The translations under genes and the position numbers were made by a program. From Macrostomum lignano (Eukaryota), in assembly GCA_002269645.1 (NCBI GenBank), contig NIVC01001189.1, positions 277,014 through 341,013 of the forward strand: 64,000 nucleotides of DNA, given 5' to 3'. Every line of letters starts with the position of its first letter. Within the stretch, counting starts at the first letter, position 1. A model generated the notes under the pieces. The model searched no databases and was not told the origin of the DNA. It was given only the letters and a program-made list of their open reading frames with translations. Shown here piece after piece: positions 13,046-24,724 of this stretch.

Positions 13046-13637
13046 AGAATTGAGCTGTACAGTATTCAGTGAAAACGGATAATCTAGACATTGATACTGC
13101 ATAGATTGAATGCAGCTGAGCTTTACTTTAATTTTTTTTATTTCTGCTTCCAATTTTTAATCACACTAAGAAACTGAAAACGCCTTTATCTCGTCTACAG
13201 TGAACTTGTTACTTGAATCTTAGCATTTTTTTTACTTTGCCAGTTAAGATCTTTTACATGCATTACAGGTGCAAAATTCGGTGCCTAAATTCTTTTCATT
13301 TCTAAGTATATCTATTCAATTTTAGTATAGTTGTTATCACATTTATCATGTTGTGTGAAGGCAATCTATTGACACGTTGTTATTAAAAGAAAGAGAATTC
13401 AATCATATCAGTTTATATTTCAAGTTAGTTGTTCATACTTTTTACGAATGTAGTTTTGTTTTCAAGTTGGTTTGTTTGTTGTTAACTTTGCTTTTAAGAA
13501 CTCAAAAAATACTTGTTTGCAATTTTCCACTCCTGATTAGAGTGATTGCGCGTTTGCGCTCTTTTTCTCAAAACCAATTGCGCACCTGCGCACCTAGCAG
13601 GAGTGTCCGCAGCTTTTTTAAATTCGCTCCAATAGGG

Positions 13638-13816
13638 TCCCAGATCTACAGAATCGCCTTTAACAGTCACTAGTACTGCTCCCAGATCTGCAGAATCGCC
13701 TTTAACAGTCACTAGTACTGCTCCCAGATCTGCAGAAAAGCCTTTAACAGTCACTAGTACTGCTCCCAGATCTGCAGAAAAGCCTTTAACAGTCAGTAGC
13801 ACTGCTCCCAGATCTC
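13638..13816. repeat. 42 bp minisatellite, right part
   Basis: Same unit and orientation as 7148-7393, about 4 copies. Confidence 0.93.
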
Positions 13817-13892
13817 TTATTACAGAAGCATTTTCATATTTGCCGTGAAAACCTATCTAATTGCTCCCACCACGGGCCAAACTGTTTCCCAG

Positions 13893-14119
13893 GCGGCAAC
13901 AGCGGCCACCTCGAACTGACGGTGATTCCCCGACCGCCGTCCGGCCGCCAGCTTGAGGACCTCGTGCTGACGGTGCCGATGCCGCGGGCAGTGTCGGGCG
14001 CCAGCCTGGTGGCGAGCGCGGGCAAATACTCGTACGACACCGCCAGCCGCACTCTGGTTTGGACAGTCGGCCGGCTGGACTCTCAGAAGGGCGCCGGGTC
14101 GCCCACTCTGTGCGGAACG
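13893..14119 (+). CDS. AP3M1: AP-3 complex subunit mu, exon
   Basis: Phase-compatible with the preceding exon. GHLELTV...GKYSYDTASRTLVWTVGRL matches the mu homology domain. Confidence 0.85.
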
Positions 14120-14307
14120 GTGTGTATTGGGGCTTGTCAAGTTTAGAGCCGGGCCAAACCCATTGAAATCGATAAAAATAAATCATATTTCTGAGGCATT
14201 TTTTCTCGAAAATTAGACAAATTTAAACATTGAATTCTCCCTTGTCACTCATATTTTGACTCAACAGACACGGTTATGGCATGAGGGGCTTCAAACACTT
14301 AAACTCA

Positions 14308-14935
14308 CAATCCCTAAACCTCACAAACCCTAAACCTCACAATCCCTAAACCTCACAATCCCTAAACCTCACAATCCCTAAACCTCACAAACCCTAAACC
14401 TCACAAACCCTAAACCTCACATTCCTTAAACCTCAAATCCCTAAACCTCACAATCCCTAAACCTCACAATCCCTTAACCTTACAATCCCTTAACCTCACA
14501 AACCCTAAACCTCACAATCCCTAAACCTCACAATCCCTAAACCTCACAATCCCTAAACCTCACAATCCCTAAACCTCACAAACCCTAAACCTCACAATCC
14601 CTTAACCTCACAATCCCTAAACCTCACAATCCCTAAACCTCACAATCCCTAAACCTCACAAACCCTAAACCTCACAATCCCTAAACCTCACAATCCCTAA
14701 ACCTCACAATCCCTAAACCTCACAATCCCTTAACCTCACAATCCCTAAACCTCACAATCCCTAAACCTCACAATCCCTAAACCTCACAAACCCTAAACCT
14801 CACAAACCCTAAACCTCACAATCCCTAAACCTCACAATCCCTTAACCTCACAATCCCTAAACCTCACAATCCCTAAACCTCACAATCCCTAAACCTCACA
14901 AACCCTAAACCTCACAATCCCTAAACCTCACGATC
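14308..14935. repeat. 16 bp minisatellite (CACAATCCCTAAACCT)n
   Basis: About 39 units with minor variants, intronic. Confidence 0.95.
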
Positions 14936-15197
14936 CCAAATCCTCAACAAATCCTTCCATACCTTCATCTGACAAAAGTCCAATTAGCATTACCATTTAC
15001 CACAACCTCCATTAATAATATTGCTTGCTAATAGACTAGGCCTAATGATATGAAAAGTAAGGTCTTTTGTGAAAGAGAATGCTCTTAGGGCATGTAAAAT
15101 TTTGGTCTTGCTAAGATTTGTGTCTATTAGCCTAACTTGTGCTAAGCACTCGTACAATGCCTTTGACGCTTGCACCCACTAACACAAACTAATGCAG

Positions 15198-15317
15198 CTG
15201 GTGATGCAGACTGGCGCACCTGTGCCGGACTGCCGGCCCAGCATCCTTGTTAGCTTCAGCATCACTGGTTGGACCATATCTGGCCTGAAAGTGAACCGGC
15301 TGGACCTGCATGGCGAG
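15198..15317 (+). CDS. AP3M1: AP-3 complex subunit mu, exon
   Basis: LVMQTGAPVPDCRPSI...ISGLKVNRLDLHGE. cag/gttag bounded, 120 nt. Confidence 0.92.
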
Positions 15318-15859
15318 GTTAGTACGGCTGTTATTATTGCTGAGTAATTTATAATAATAGTCTAAATAGCCTGCTAATCAAATTCAATTCTCAGAGCAAG
15401 CCGGTTCTGCATCAGAAAACTTCGGTAGGAGCTCTAAAATTCCAATTGTCCGGCACACTTTTTGTGCCAATATTTTATTACAGGCAATCTCGTTCTTAAG
15501 TTTTATTCGTGGCTTTTGATATTACTATGCCGTAGTGGTTTGATTGCTTTTTTACATTTTGTGGCGTTTCCTGTTTATTTACAATCTTGGGCACTTTATA
15601 GGTTTATCTTACTACTATTTATACTAATAATTGATATGCATTCAAAATTTATGGGATACATTGCCTGGCAATGTATGCAGCGTGCCAGCTTATTAATAGT
15701 AAATTGTAACATTTTTCTCCTTTTGTAGTTATCGTAATTATTGATTATGGCTAAGAATATTCCTTGTGACTTCAAACAAAACTTGGATAGAGGACAAAGT
15801 TTTATGGATAGGGGACATTATTGAGTATAGAAGGAAAGAACCGAGAGGAGAGAGGGCAA

Positions 15860-16135
15860 GGATTGAGGGGAGCGGACAGGATTGGGGAGAGCGGACAGGA
15901 TTGGGGAGAGCGGACAGGATTGGGGAGAGGAGACAGGATTGAAGAGAGAGGGGACAGGATTGAGGAGAGAGGGGACAGGATTGAGGGTAGAGAGGACAGT
16001 ATTGAAAGGAGAAGGAACAGGATTGAGGGGAGAGGGGACAGGATTGAGGGGAGAGGGGACAGGATTGAGGGGAGAGGGGACAGGATTGAGGGGAGAGGGG
16101 ACAGGATTGAGGGGAGAGGGGACATGATTGAAGGG
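15860..16135. repeat. 21 bp purine-rich minisatellite (GGACAGGATTGAGGGGAGAGG)n
   Basis: Direct periodicity; gives the 7-aa repeat ORFs in the track. Confidence 0.9.
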
Positions 16136-16392
16136 AGGGACGACAGAAGGTAGATGGACAGCGGCAGGGACACTTTAATTGCACTGGATTGGATGCTGTT
16201 TTACAACAGTAGGCATTTATATAGAATTTACAATTTGCATTTAATTGAGATCCACTGCTATACAGAAACTCGCATAATACTCCACTTGTGTATGAACTAA
16301 TACGAGCGTAACTCTGGGGTTGTTGCTTCAAATGCTACTGGTACAGTGTTTTTACTATAAGTAAGACATAAATTCCAACAAATTAATTGCAG

Positions 16393-16458
16393 AAATACAA
16401 GCCGTTTAAAGGTGTCAAATACGTGACGAAGGCGGGCAAACTCGAGTTCCGCACCTAA
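16393..16458 (+). CDS. AP3M1: AP-3 complex subunit mu, last coding exon
   Basis: KYKPFKGVKYVTKAGKLEFRT-stop, the conserved AP3M C-terminus. Confidence 0.95.
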   Translation, partial: KYKPFKGVKYVTKAGKLEFRT

Positions 16459-16789
16459 GTGGCTTTGCCACCTCGATTTGAGCAAGGAGTCAATTTTTGA
16501 CTGCTAAATACTGGCTTGATAGTTTTTGTGTGTCTTTGTCTTTATTTTCTATTGTTTTGTAATGCGTCCCGTTATATAACGCATGCAGCGGTGTAAAATT
16601 CTAGTCTTGCGACTGTCGTTTTTAAAGACGAATTTATCATCTGCTCTGGCAGTGCAACTGACAGCTGGCGAAGTTCTTTAATTGTACGAGTATCTTTTAG
16701 AAGCAGAAATTTCAGTTGTTTTCAAATTGGGGTCAAAGTTTTAATTAAATTGTGGGTATTTTGATTCACAGCCTGCTTCACAGTCTGTA

Positions 16790-17170
16790 AGATTCACAAC
16801 CTCCCAGATTCACAACCTCCCCAGATTCACAATCTCCCAGATTCACAACCTCCCAGATTCACAACCTCCCAGATTCACAACCCTCCTAGATTCACAACCC
16901 TCCCCGCTTCCCAACCTCCTACCGGTAGATTCACAACGTCGCAGATTCACAACCTCCCAGATTCACAACCTCCCAGATTCACAGCCTCCCAGATTCACAA
17001 CTTCCCAGATTCACAACCTCCTACCGGAAGATTCACAACCTCCCAGCTTCACAACCTCCTACCGGAAGATTCACAACCTCCCAGATTCACAACCTCCTAC
17101 CGGAAGATTCACAACCTCCCAGATTCACAATCGCTCACAATCAATTCACAATCGATTCACAAATTCGCAA
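16790..17170. repeat. 16 bp minisatellite (AGATTCACAACCTCCC)n
   Basis: Direct periodicity with variant units. Confidence 0.9.
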
Positions 17171-17639
17171 CCAATTTGTGAGAATGTTTAGTGCCTGTGT
17201 GTCAGCGATAGCTTTCTATAGTGCAAATTATTTCCTAATAAATGTATTCCGTACTATAAATGTTTTCAGTAATAATAGTTGACGTTGTTGGTGCTAATTT
17301 GTTTTACTGGTTATAATTTTGTGTCTGTCTCTAGTCCACTATTTATAATACTTGCTGCTATTACTATTGTTACTATTGTTTATATTATTACAAGCTGTTG
17401 AAACCCGCGGATTTTGAACCCGGGGAATTCCAATACCCGGAACTACTTTCGCATGTATTCTGAAATCTAAGGCCATACACAAACAAAAACTTGTTAATAG
17501 TTAGTAGGATAGAGGTAGACATAAAATGGAGCACATTCGTGTAAAATTAGGGTTTGAGACATTGTTGGCTGGGGTACTGTGCAGAATGTCAGGCAATGTC
17601 TGTCTGACTCTAAAACATATTGCTAAACTCTGGTCTCTC

Positions 17640-18800
17640 CCTGACTCTCCCTATGTCCCTTGGATCCTTTAAAATTTCTATCGTCTCTTTGTTTCCTCTC
17701 ATCTCTCTCGTCCCTCGTCTCTCCTCTCTCCTCTCTCCCCTCTTTTCTCGTATGTTCCCTCATCTCTCTTCTCTTTCATCTCTCTTATCTCATCTCTTGT
17801 CTCTTCTTTTCTCTCTCCTCTCCTCTCTCCTCTCCTCTCTCCTCTCTCCCCCTCTCCTCTCTCATCTCATCTCTTGTCTCTTCTTTTCTCTCTCCTCTCC
17901 TCTCTCCTCTCCTCTCTCCTCTCTCCTCTCACCCCCTCTTCTCTCTTATCTTCATTCTCCTTTCTATTCTTTTCTCTCTTCTCTTAACTCTCTCCTCTAC
18001 TCTCTCATCTTTCCCCTCTTCTCTCGTCTCTTCCCTCACCTCTTTTCTCTCTCGTCTTTGCTCTCTCATCTTTCCTTTCTCTTCTTTTATCTCTTCTCTC
18101 TCCTCTGTTATCTCTCCTCCTCTCTGTATTCTCTCCCCTCTCCATTCTCCTCTTTCCTCTCCTCTCTCCTCACTCACTTCTCTACCTTTGTCTCTCCTCT
18201 CTCCTCTCGTCTCTGTAACCTCTCCTCTATTCTCTCTACTCTCCCATCTTTTATCTGTTCACTCTCGTCTCTGCTCTCTCATCCGCCTCTTTAATCTGGC
18301 ATCTCTGTCTTATTTGTTCTTCACCTCTCTCCGCTGTACTCTTTTCTTTCCCCTCTTTTGACTCCTCACTTTCCTTTCTCCTTTCTTCTTTTCTCTTTTC
18401 TACCCTTTTCTATACTCTGTCTCCCTCTCTTCTCTCACTCCACTCTCCTCTCTCCGTTATCTCTCATCTCTCATTTCTCATCTCTCCTTCCACCTCTCTC
18501 ATCTCTAAAACCTTAGAGATGTAGAGATGTATCTTTATCTCTTCTCTCTTCCCTTTACTCTCTTATCTCTTCTTTCACCTGTTTCCTCTCTGCTCTCCTC
18601 TCTGCTGTCTCCTCTCTCCTCTCATCTGCAGCTCTCTGCTCTCTCATCTCTCATCTCTCCTCTCGCTTTTCCTCTCTCCCCTCTTCTCCCCTCTCTCTCA
18701 TCGTCCTCACCCCCTTATCTCTGCTATTATCTTTTATCTTTTCTTTTATCCGCTCTGTCGCCTCTCCTCTCTTCGAATCGTCTATTCCTTCTTCTTTCCA
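17640..18800. repeat. CT-rich low-complexity tract
   Basis: Pyrimidine-rich degenerate simple sequence. Confidence 0.9.
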
Positions 18801-19399
18801 CTTTCATCTGCCCCTCAGCTATGAGCTGGATTCTTTATCTGGCCTTTGAGGTAAAAGTCTGCCCATCCCTGCTTGGAAAGCCAGTTTGTGGGATGTAGTA
18901 CTCTCATGGTTGTTCTCATGCTTTGATCACGTCATCTTTCTTGCCAATTTGCAGCCCTGAAAGGAATTTGCGTATCTTCAGCTCCACTGCAGTCTGCATC
19001 AGTCTAACAACCAAGGAAATAAGCATTTCTTAGGAGGCCATTTAAATTTTAAAGTACCTTTAAGAGAAAACTTAAATTTCCATGGTGTGTCTAATTTAGT
19101 AGTGTTATATTGCATTGCATTGCTTTTTCATAAATCTTTCGCTTTTACAAACCATGCTGAATTACCTTGATTTGCCATTGCCATCCACTGTTAAACTGCT
19201 GTAGAGTTTGCCTATACAGAGGGCAGTGGTTAGAATTTCTCACTAAACTGTTATGGCTAAACGTAGCCTCTCCACTCTCGGGGTGCAGAGAAGGCTATAA
19301 ATAAAGTTATTCCAAAACACTGTACATTTGCTATGTACATTCAGTCCTATCGCCGGACCCTTCGTCTTCATGGGGAATGAGTGTGAGTGAGTGGCACAA

Positions 19400-20015
19400 A
19401 CAACAGAAAAAGCAGACAAACTTCACATGCTTACAGTTTCTGTTCTGATTGAGTTAGAGAGTTGAAACTTTACATTTAGACAGAAAATGGATCAATGAAG
19501 GATTGTGTCAAGTTTGAAGTCAATCGCTTTACGCGGAGCAAACTTATGGCAGCTGAAATTTAGTCAATTTGAAACCCTTTTACACATCTGGGACCAGATC
19601 GGGAAAGAGAGGCAGGCGGGCGGAGGTTGGGGTGGTTGCTACGCTGAAAAAAACAGCCTAACTTTAAAAGTGCACAGCACCGCTCAGGATTAACTTTGAG
19701 ACTCGAAATTTTACACGATTGTGTCAAAATAGTTGAAGATTGTCTGTGTCAAATTTGAAGAGGATCGGTAGAAGTGGAGCGGCGCTAAGGAGGCTTTAGT
19801 AAAAAAATCGCGCATTTTGAGCAGTTTTTTGCACTTTTAGGTAGGAAGACTCAAATTTAGGAAATTTAAAGGTAGCCTAAGACATTCTCCGTAGTGAGTT
19901 TAGGGTGGGTGTAAAATTTGGTGTCATTTGGTTGAGCGGTTTGGGAGTCCATAGCGATCAAAATTGTCCACACACAGACAGACAGAGTTTTGATTTTTAT
20001 AGGTAGAGATTATTC
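19400..20015 (+). mobile_element. Possible non-autonomous Helitron/Helentron-type element
   Basis: Ends AAAATTTGGTGTCATTTGG...CACACACAGACAGACAG...TTTTATAGGTAGAGAT, a layout resembling DINE/HINE-type elements. Left boundary uncertain. Confidence 0.3.
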
Positions 20016-20789
20016 CAAATACAAAAACTGCGTTTCCTCTGAGAGCCCTTTTATTGATTTATTTTTTTGGTGATTGGCTTACTTCGTGTTGTGAAAGAAT
20101 ATTTACTGCTTGTTTATTGTTGCCTGTCACTTTCTGCAAGCATACTTTTATAACAATCAGTCCTATTGTCCGCCTTTTCCTATTTCCTGTAATACATTAT
20201 TTTGTCTCCGTGTCTTCAGTTGTCGCCGCAATATTTTTCTTGAATATTTTTTTCATTATTAGAAGAATTTATTTTGATTTATTTGTTTTCTGGCTGTACT
20301 AATTATTATATTGTTGTGCGTCCTGTTGCCATCCGAGTTAATTTGTTTGTTTGCAATTAAAATTATTAAACTGATTAACTATAACAGTCTGGTTTTTCCT
20401 TGTCTCTCTGATAAATTAATTCTATAATATTAGAATTCTGTTTGTTTGTGTTTCTTATTATTATTAAGAAATGTGCCATTTTTATTATTTCAGGCACAGG
20501 AAATGTCCGTAGGATATTAAATTAACACAGAATCCTAACTTTCAAAGCAGAAAAGCTCTACGAATATCAACGGACCTATAAGAAAAGCAATTCATATCAA
20601 AAGATAAACATCGGGTCTGCCTGCTATCAAAAGCAATTAATCGATTTTGTGCTGTAAAATGAAAAACTATATTTTCAAATGAAACTGAACTAAATAAAAA
20701 ACCTGCCGAAAAATTTCCAAGAAACGTAAGTTTCCCGTCCTACTACTACGCTAATAAGCTAGTTAGCTAAGCTAGTAGTATGCTAGTAG

Positions 20790-21147
20790 TACATGATATT
20801 GTGCATGTAAATTGTTTGCATATACCGGCACTAGTAGTACAATATGATTGTGTACATGTACACAGCTTGCATATACTAGTAGTACAATATGATTGTGTAC
20901 ATGTACACAGCTTGCATATACTAGTAGTACAATATGATTGTGTACATGTACACAGCTTGCATATACTAGTAGTACAATATGATTGTGTACATGTACACAG
21001 CTCGCAAATACTAATAGTACATTATGATGGCGTACATGTACACAGTTAGAATATACTATACTAGTAGTGCAATATAACGGTGTAAATATGTACACACGGT
21101 TTGAATCTACATTGTACTAGTAGTACTATATGATTGTGTACTTTGTG
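20790..21147. repeat. 45 bp minisatellite interrupted by the LTR element (resumes 34904-34965)
   Basis: Unit AGTACAATATGATTGTGTACATGTACACAGCTTGCATATACTAGT; a related unit reappears right after the right LTR. Confidence 0.9.
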
Positions 21148-21152
21148 TACTT

Positions 21153-22187
21153 TATACGCGTCTTTCTCTGGGGCCTTTGAGTTCGAGTTCTCACTTTCTT
21201 AAGATAGATGTCTAGCGGTCTAAGGTTCTTACAGCTCTTAGTCTCTCCTATCAGGCCGTCAGAGAAGACCGTATAAACTGACGGGATCTCCTAGTATCTA
21301 AGCTGAGTTGGAGTCTCCCTAAGATTTGCTCTATGTCACAGTTAAGGCAAATGATCGATTTGAGACTCGGGTTTCTGCCAACTGGATAATCCAGAAACTA
21401 ATTCAAATGGAGCAATTCAAGATCGAATAACTGCGCAGGAAAAACGAAGCGCCGCTCCAGTTTGAGATGAGCGTCTATTTGTACCAATTAGCATGTTTGG
21501 CCTCCCCGCCGCCGGTGGGGTGTCTTCGCGTTGTTAGCAACGGCGGGGGGTTTTGAGCAATAACAAACTGGGACTCAGTCCCCTAATTGTACATGAATTT
21601 AGTTAGTTCTAGTAGGTTGCTAAGTGTGAAGGTTAGAGATTATTCGGGCTTTCGCAAATCTATGTGTTGAGTTGGATAAAATTTGGGATAGAAAGATTAT
21701 AGAAAAAGTGCTTAGTTTTCCGTCTCTACACTCTGTCCATGAATGATTAAACAGTCCTCTGTTTCTCTCGGTTGTCAGGCAGCTTGGGGTTGATCTCGCC
21801 TTCTTGGGCAGCTTCGGGTTGGGTAGGAGTCTCTAGGTGGGCCTCACGTTTTCTCCCTCAGGGTGCGCCAGAAGATGCCGCGTGCCGCGTTGTTCTCTAA
21901 GTCAGGCTGCTGCTCAGTTTGCTTTTCCCGGCCGGTTTAGTCGCCATTGTGCCTGCGGCGGGGTGACGCTACTAACTGGAATGGAAGGAGGCTTTGTTAG
22001 ATTCGGCTATTCAAATTGACTTGACAGTTGATTAATTATCTTAAAGCTGCTTCTGTTTGCTCTTCTAATAGCTATCTAGGGGTTCCATTGTACTCTTCTG
22101 CCTCGCCCTTCACTGCGCCTGGGCTTTTCATAAATTTCTACCTATCTTCTAACTTGGGGTCAAAACTTCAGATTTCTAACTCTTATA
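21153..22187 (-). repeat. 3' LTR (1035 bp)
   Basis: Matches 33868-34903; the only difference I noticed is one C in a homopolymer. Termini TATA...TATA. Confidence 0.95.
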
Positions 22188-22189
22188 TG

Positions 22190-22203
22190 ATTCCCCCTTT
22201 TTT
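22190..22203 (-). other. Polypurine tract
   Basis: Minus strand AAAAAAGGGGGAAT, 2 nt before the 3' LTR. Confidence 0.85.
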
Positions 22204-22407
22204 CGAAATCCTTGTGCTAACAAGGATTTGATCAATCGACATCAGGGCTAAACGACATTGCAGGTACTGAAATTATCAAATATAAGACGTTAGAAATCTG
22301 TATACGAGTCAAGCGTCTGGAGACGTAGATAGTTAAAGGTGTAAAGAGGCGAAACCTGGGAAATTAATTGAGGGGAAACAGTTCACAGTCGTATCTATGG
22401 GCCGTAT

Positions 22408-22725
22408 TTAGTCATCTTCAAGTTGAACATTGCCGCTTCTGGCCCATAGGTACTGACGATATCCCTGCAGTGTGGGCCAGGGTCGAATGGTACTGGAGGC
22501 CGTGTAGTCGCCTCCCCTCCACGGTATCTCCGTGGGGGTCATCTCGCGTCCCCACTCGGCGTCGTTGTCAACTTGGGTGGCCACTGAATGGCCCCCATCT
22601 ATGTCGCTCTCGGCGACTTGCGTCTGCGCATCCTTTTTGATGCACTTGTGGACGTGGAGATTTACGTCCACAAAGGCTTCGCCGGGTCGCCGAGCATAAG
22701 CGTCTTCGGGTGAGTAAGTGGCCAT
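22408..22725 (-). CDS. Hypothetical accessory ORF (105 aa) in the LTR element 3' region
   Basis: ATG-initiated, sense to the element, complex composition; no recognisable family. Confidence 0.35.
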   Translation of the reverse strand: MATYSPEDAYARRPGEAFVDVNLHVHKCIKKDAQTQVAESDIDGGHSVATQVDNDAEWGREMTPTEIPWRGGDYTASSTIRPWPTLQGYRQYLWARSGNVQLEDD

Positions 22726-23041
22726 GGGAATGCTCTGAAATTAAGCAAGAGTGTGCTATTGATTTTCCGTGTGGCGGTTTTAGTGTGTATCGTCCTTGGC
22801 CTAAAGCTTCGCTTAGCGGTTCGACTGTACATTAGATCTATCCCCTGCGTACATGGGGTGGTGGGTGTGGCGGGACGCATGGGGGAGGGGTTTTGAATCT
22901 GGACTTGGAGCCGCAGGGGGGGTCCTTTCTTTTCTAATCGCCGGCTCCTTCCGTTTTTAAACGCGGCGCATGTGAGAGTAGCCCCTAAAGTTATCTATTC
23001 AGCTTGTTTTCCGATTGCCCTTAACGCTAACTGATCTCATT

Positions 23042-23302
23042 ATGTCTGAGTTTGCTATGCAACGTTTGATTCGCATTATTGGCGAGTTGAAGGAGCGTCT
23101 ACACGCCGTGGAAGACCGGTCTGTCGGTCTCGAGCGGCGACTGCTTTACTTGGAATCACGATCGGTTTCGCAAGATTATGGGCTACGTACACTACAAGGT
23201 TGGCTGGGCGGAGTGGGGGGCGGCGGCCTCCTCCTGTGTCTACTCCTAGTTCTATTATTCTGCTGCCTCTACCGGCGTCGTTACCAGGCCCTACCTGCCT
23301 AG
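23042..23302 (+). CDS. Hypothetical antisense small membrane protein (86 aa)
   Basis: Heptad-like N-terminus, Gly-rich linker, hydrophobic LLLCLLLVLLFCCLY, then RRRY. Confidence 0.4.
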   Translation: MSEFAMQRLIRIIGELKERLHAVEDRSVGLERRLLYLESRSVSQDYGLRTLQGWLGGVGGGGLLLCLLLVLLFCCLYRRRYQALPA

Positions 23303-23781
23303 TAAGCAAAATGATTGCATTGATTAGATTATTTAATAACAATATATATTCGGGAAGTCTATTTTGTATGTCATAAACATGGTTATCAATCGGGTGTATA
23401 AGTGTCAGTGGGCGTCGAATATCACGACGTTGAGAATAAAGAGTAACATAGAGAATATATCGAGAGATACAATTCGGGTGCAAAAATTATCAGGATGAGC
23501 AATATTTGTGGATACAATTTGTTTCAAGGTTAATGTGGTTAGTGTTAGATTATATAGCGTTGTAGCTCGCTTCAAAATTCACTTTCGTTTGGTCTAGTCT
23601 TATCCCAAGAGTAGACCGCCCTGCTGTGAGGCTGCATTGAACAAAGGAGCGTACCTGTGGGTGAAGGTGCCTCAGGGATGAGGCGGATTGGTATCCCACC
23701 AATTCGCTACAACCCTAGGGCAGTATTTCATCCCTTGTATTATCCTTTTGTTCTCTTGCAACCGGGCCTTCCTATAGCACC

Positions 23782-24564
23782 TCAAGGGTCCAGGTTGGGG
23801 CCTTCTGCTGCTTTCAACGCTGTGAAAAGGTGGTGCCATTGTAGGTTGGCCGGTGAATACGCAATCGTGGCTATCGATTGCCGTTCCTTGGGTTTGATTT
23901 CGATGCCGTGATAATTTAAGGTGTTGAGTAGATAAGTGATAAGCATGTCGGCTTGGAGTGATAGTGTGCTGGTCGGTCCACGAGGATGGATTAGGGTTGT
24001 CGTCACCCTGCTGTTCCATACTATGATACGGAGACAAGAGAACGCAGCTGTGTCGTCGTAGAGGAAAAAGAGCGTCGTGTTGAAGTTCAAGATAGAATAG
24101 TCAGAGAGTAACCAGCGTGGGTCTTTAGGATCTGACAGGATGCGTCGCGTAGTAAGGTGTGTGACGATGTTAGCGGGTATTAGTGGCATGTCAAGCATCT
24201 GCTGGTGAATGTCAAACAGTTTCGTTTCATCATACCGCGCCGGCTTGCTTTGAACTACCGTCTGTGCCGCCAGAGCTGTTTGGAATCGCTCTGCGAGTGT
24301 TTTAGCCTGGTGGAAATCGTTGCTCGCCGATGTTGCCGTGCTTGCTTGTCGTGGGAGCGTAGGTCGGCGTCGTTGCCATTCCTGTCGTAGCTTGTCCAGC
24401 TGTTGTTCTGTCCATGTTGACATATCTTGCTCGGGCCACTTAGGGTCATCAGTTTCGGTGTGAGATGTTGGCTTGAAGAGAGGTCGAACTATAGGACACG
24501 GTGTCTGGGTATCTTCGTCTCCCAGGGTACAGTCATCTAGCGTATCGAGCTGTCGGTCATACAT
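23782..24564 (-). CDS. Hypothetical accessory ORF (260 aa) downstream of pol
   Basis: ATG-initiated 783 nt ORF, sense to the element, starting ~160 nt after the pol stop; no recognisable domain. Confidence 0.6.
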   Translation of the reverse strand: MYDRQLDTLDDCTLGDEDTQTPCPIVRPLFKPTSHTETDDPKWPEQDMSTWTEQQLDKLRQEWQRRRPTLPRQASTATSASNDFHQAKTLAERFQTALAAQTVVQSKPARYDETKLFDIHQQMLDMPLIPANIVTHLTTRRILSDPKDPRWLLSDYSILNFNTTLFFLYDDTAAFSCLRIIVWNSRVTTTLIHPRGPTSTLSLQADMLITYLLNTLNYHGIEIKPKERQSIATIAYSPANLQWHHLFTALKAAEGPNLDP

Positions 24565-24724
24565 CTGGTATAATGAGTAATTTTAGAAGGGTAAAATTAA
24601 GTATTGATATTTGAGTGAATAGTTAGTGTGGATATCTATATCTAGTGTGCACAGCACGCCAACGAATGAATACGTAAATCAAATAGTCTTTATAGTCTCT
24701 GTACTCTCCCCCCATCTCCTGACA

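Larger units (their letters stand above)
7394..13637 (+). mobile_element. hAT-like DNA transposon, internally rearranged
   Basis: 16 bp TIRs CCCCATTGGAGCGAAT / ATTCGCTCCAATAGGG (15/16 match). 8 bp TSD TCCCAGAT (7386-7393, 13638-13645). Transposase remnant with LNLVVTD motif. Confidence 0.75.

Noticed and set aside
14308-14935. True interstitial telomere
   Set aside because: The unit is 16 bp with a constant CTCACAAT spacer, not a tandem 6-7 bp telomere repeat.
18800-19050. Possible coding remnant on the minus strand
   Set aside because: Short, interrupted by stops, and no motif I can recognise.
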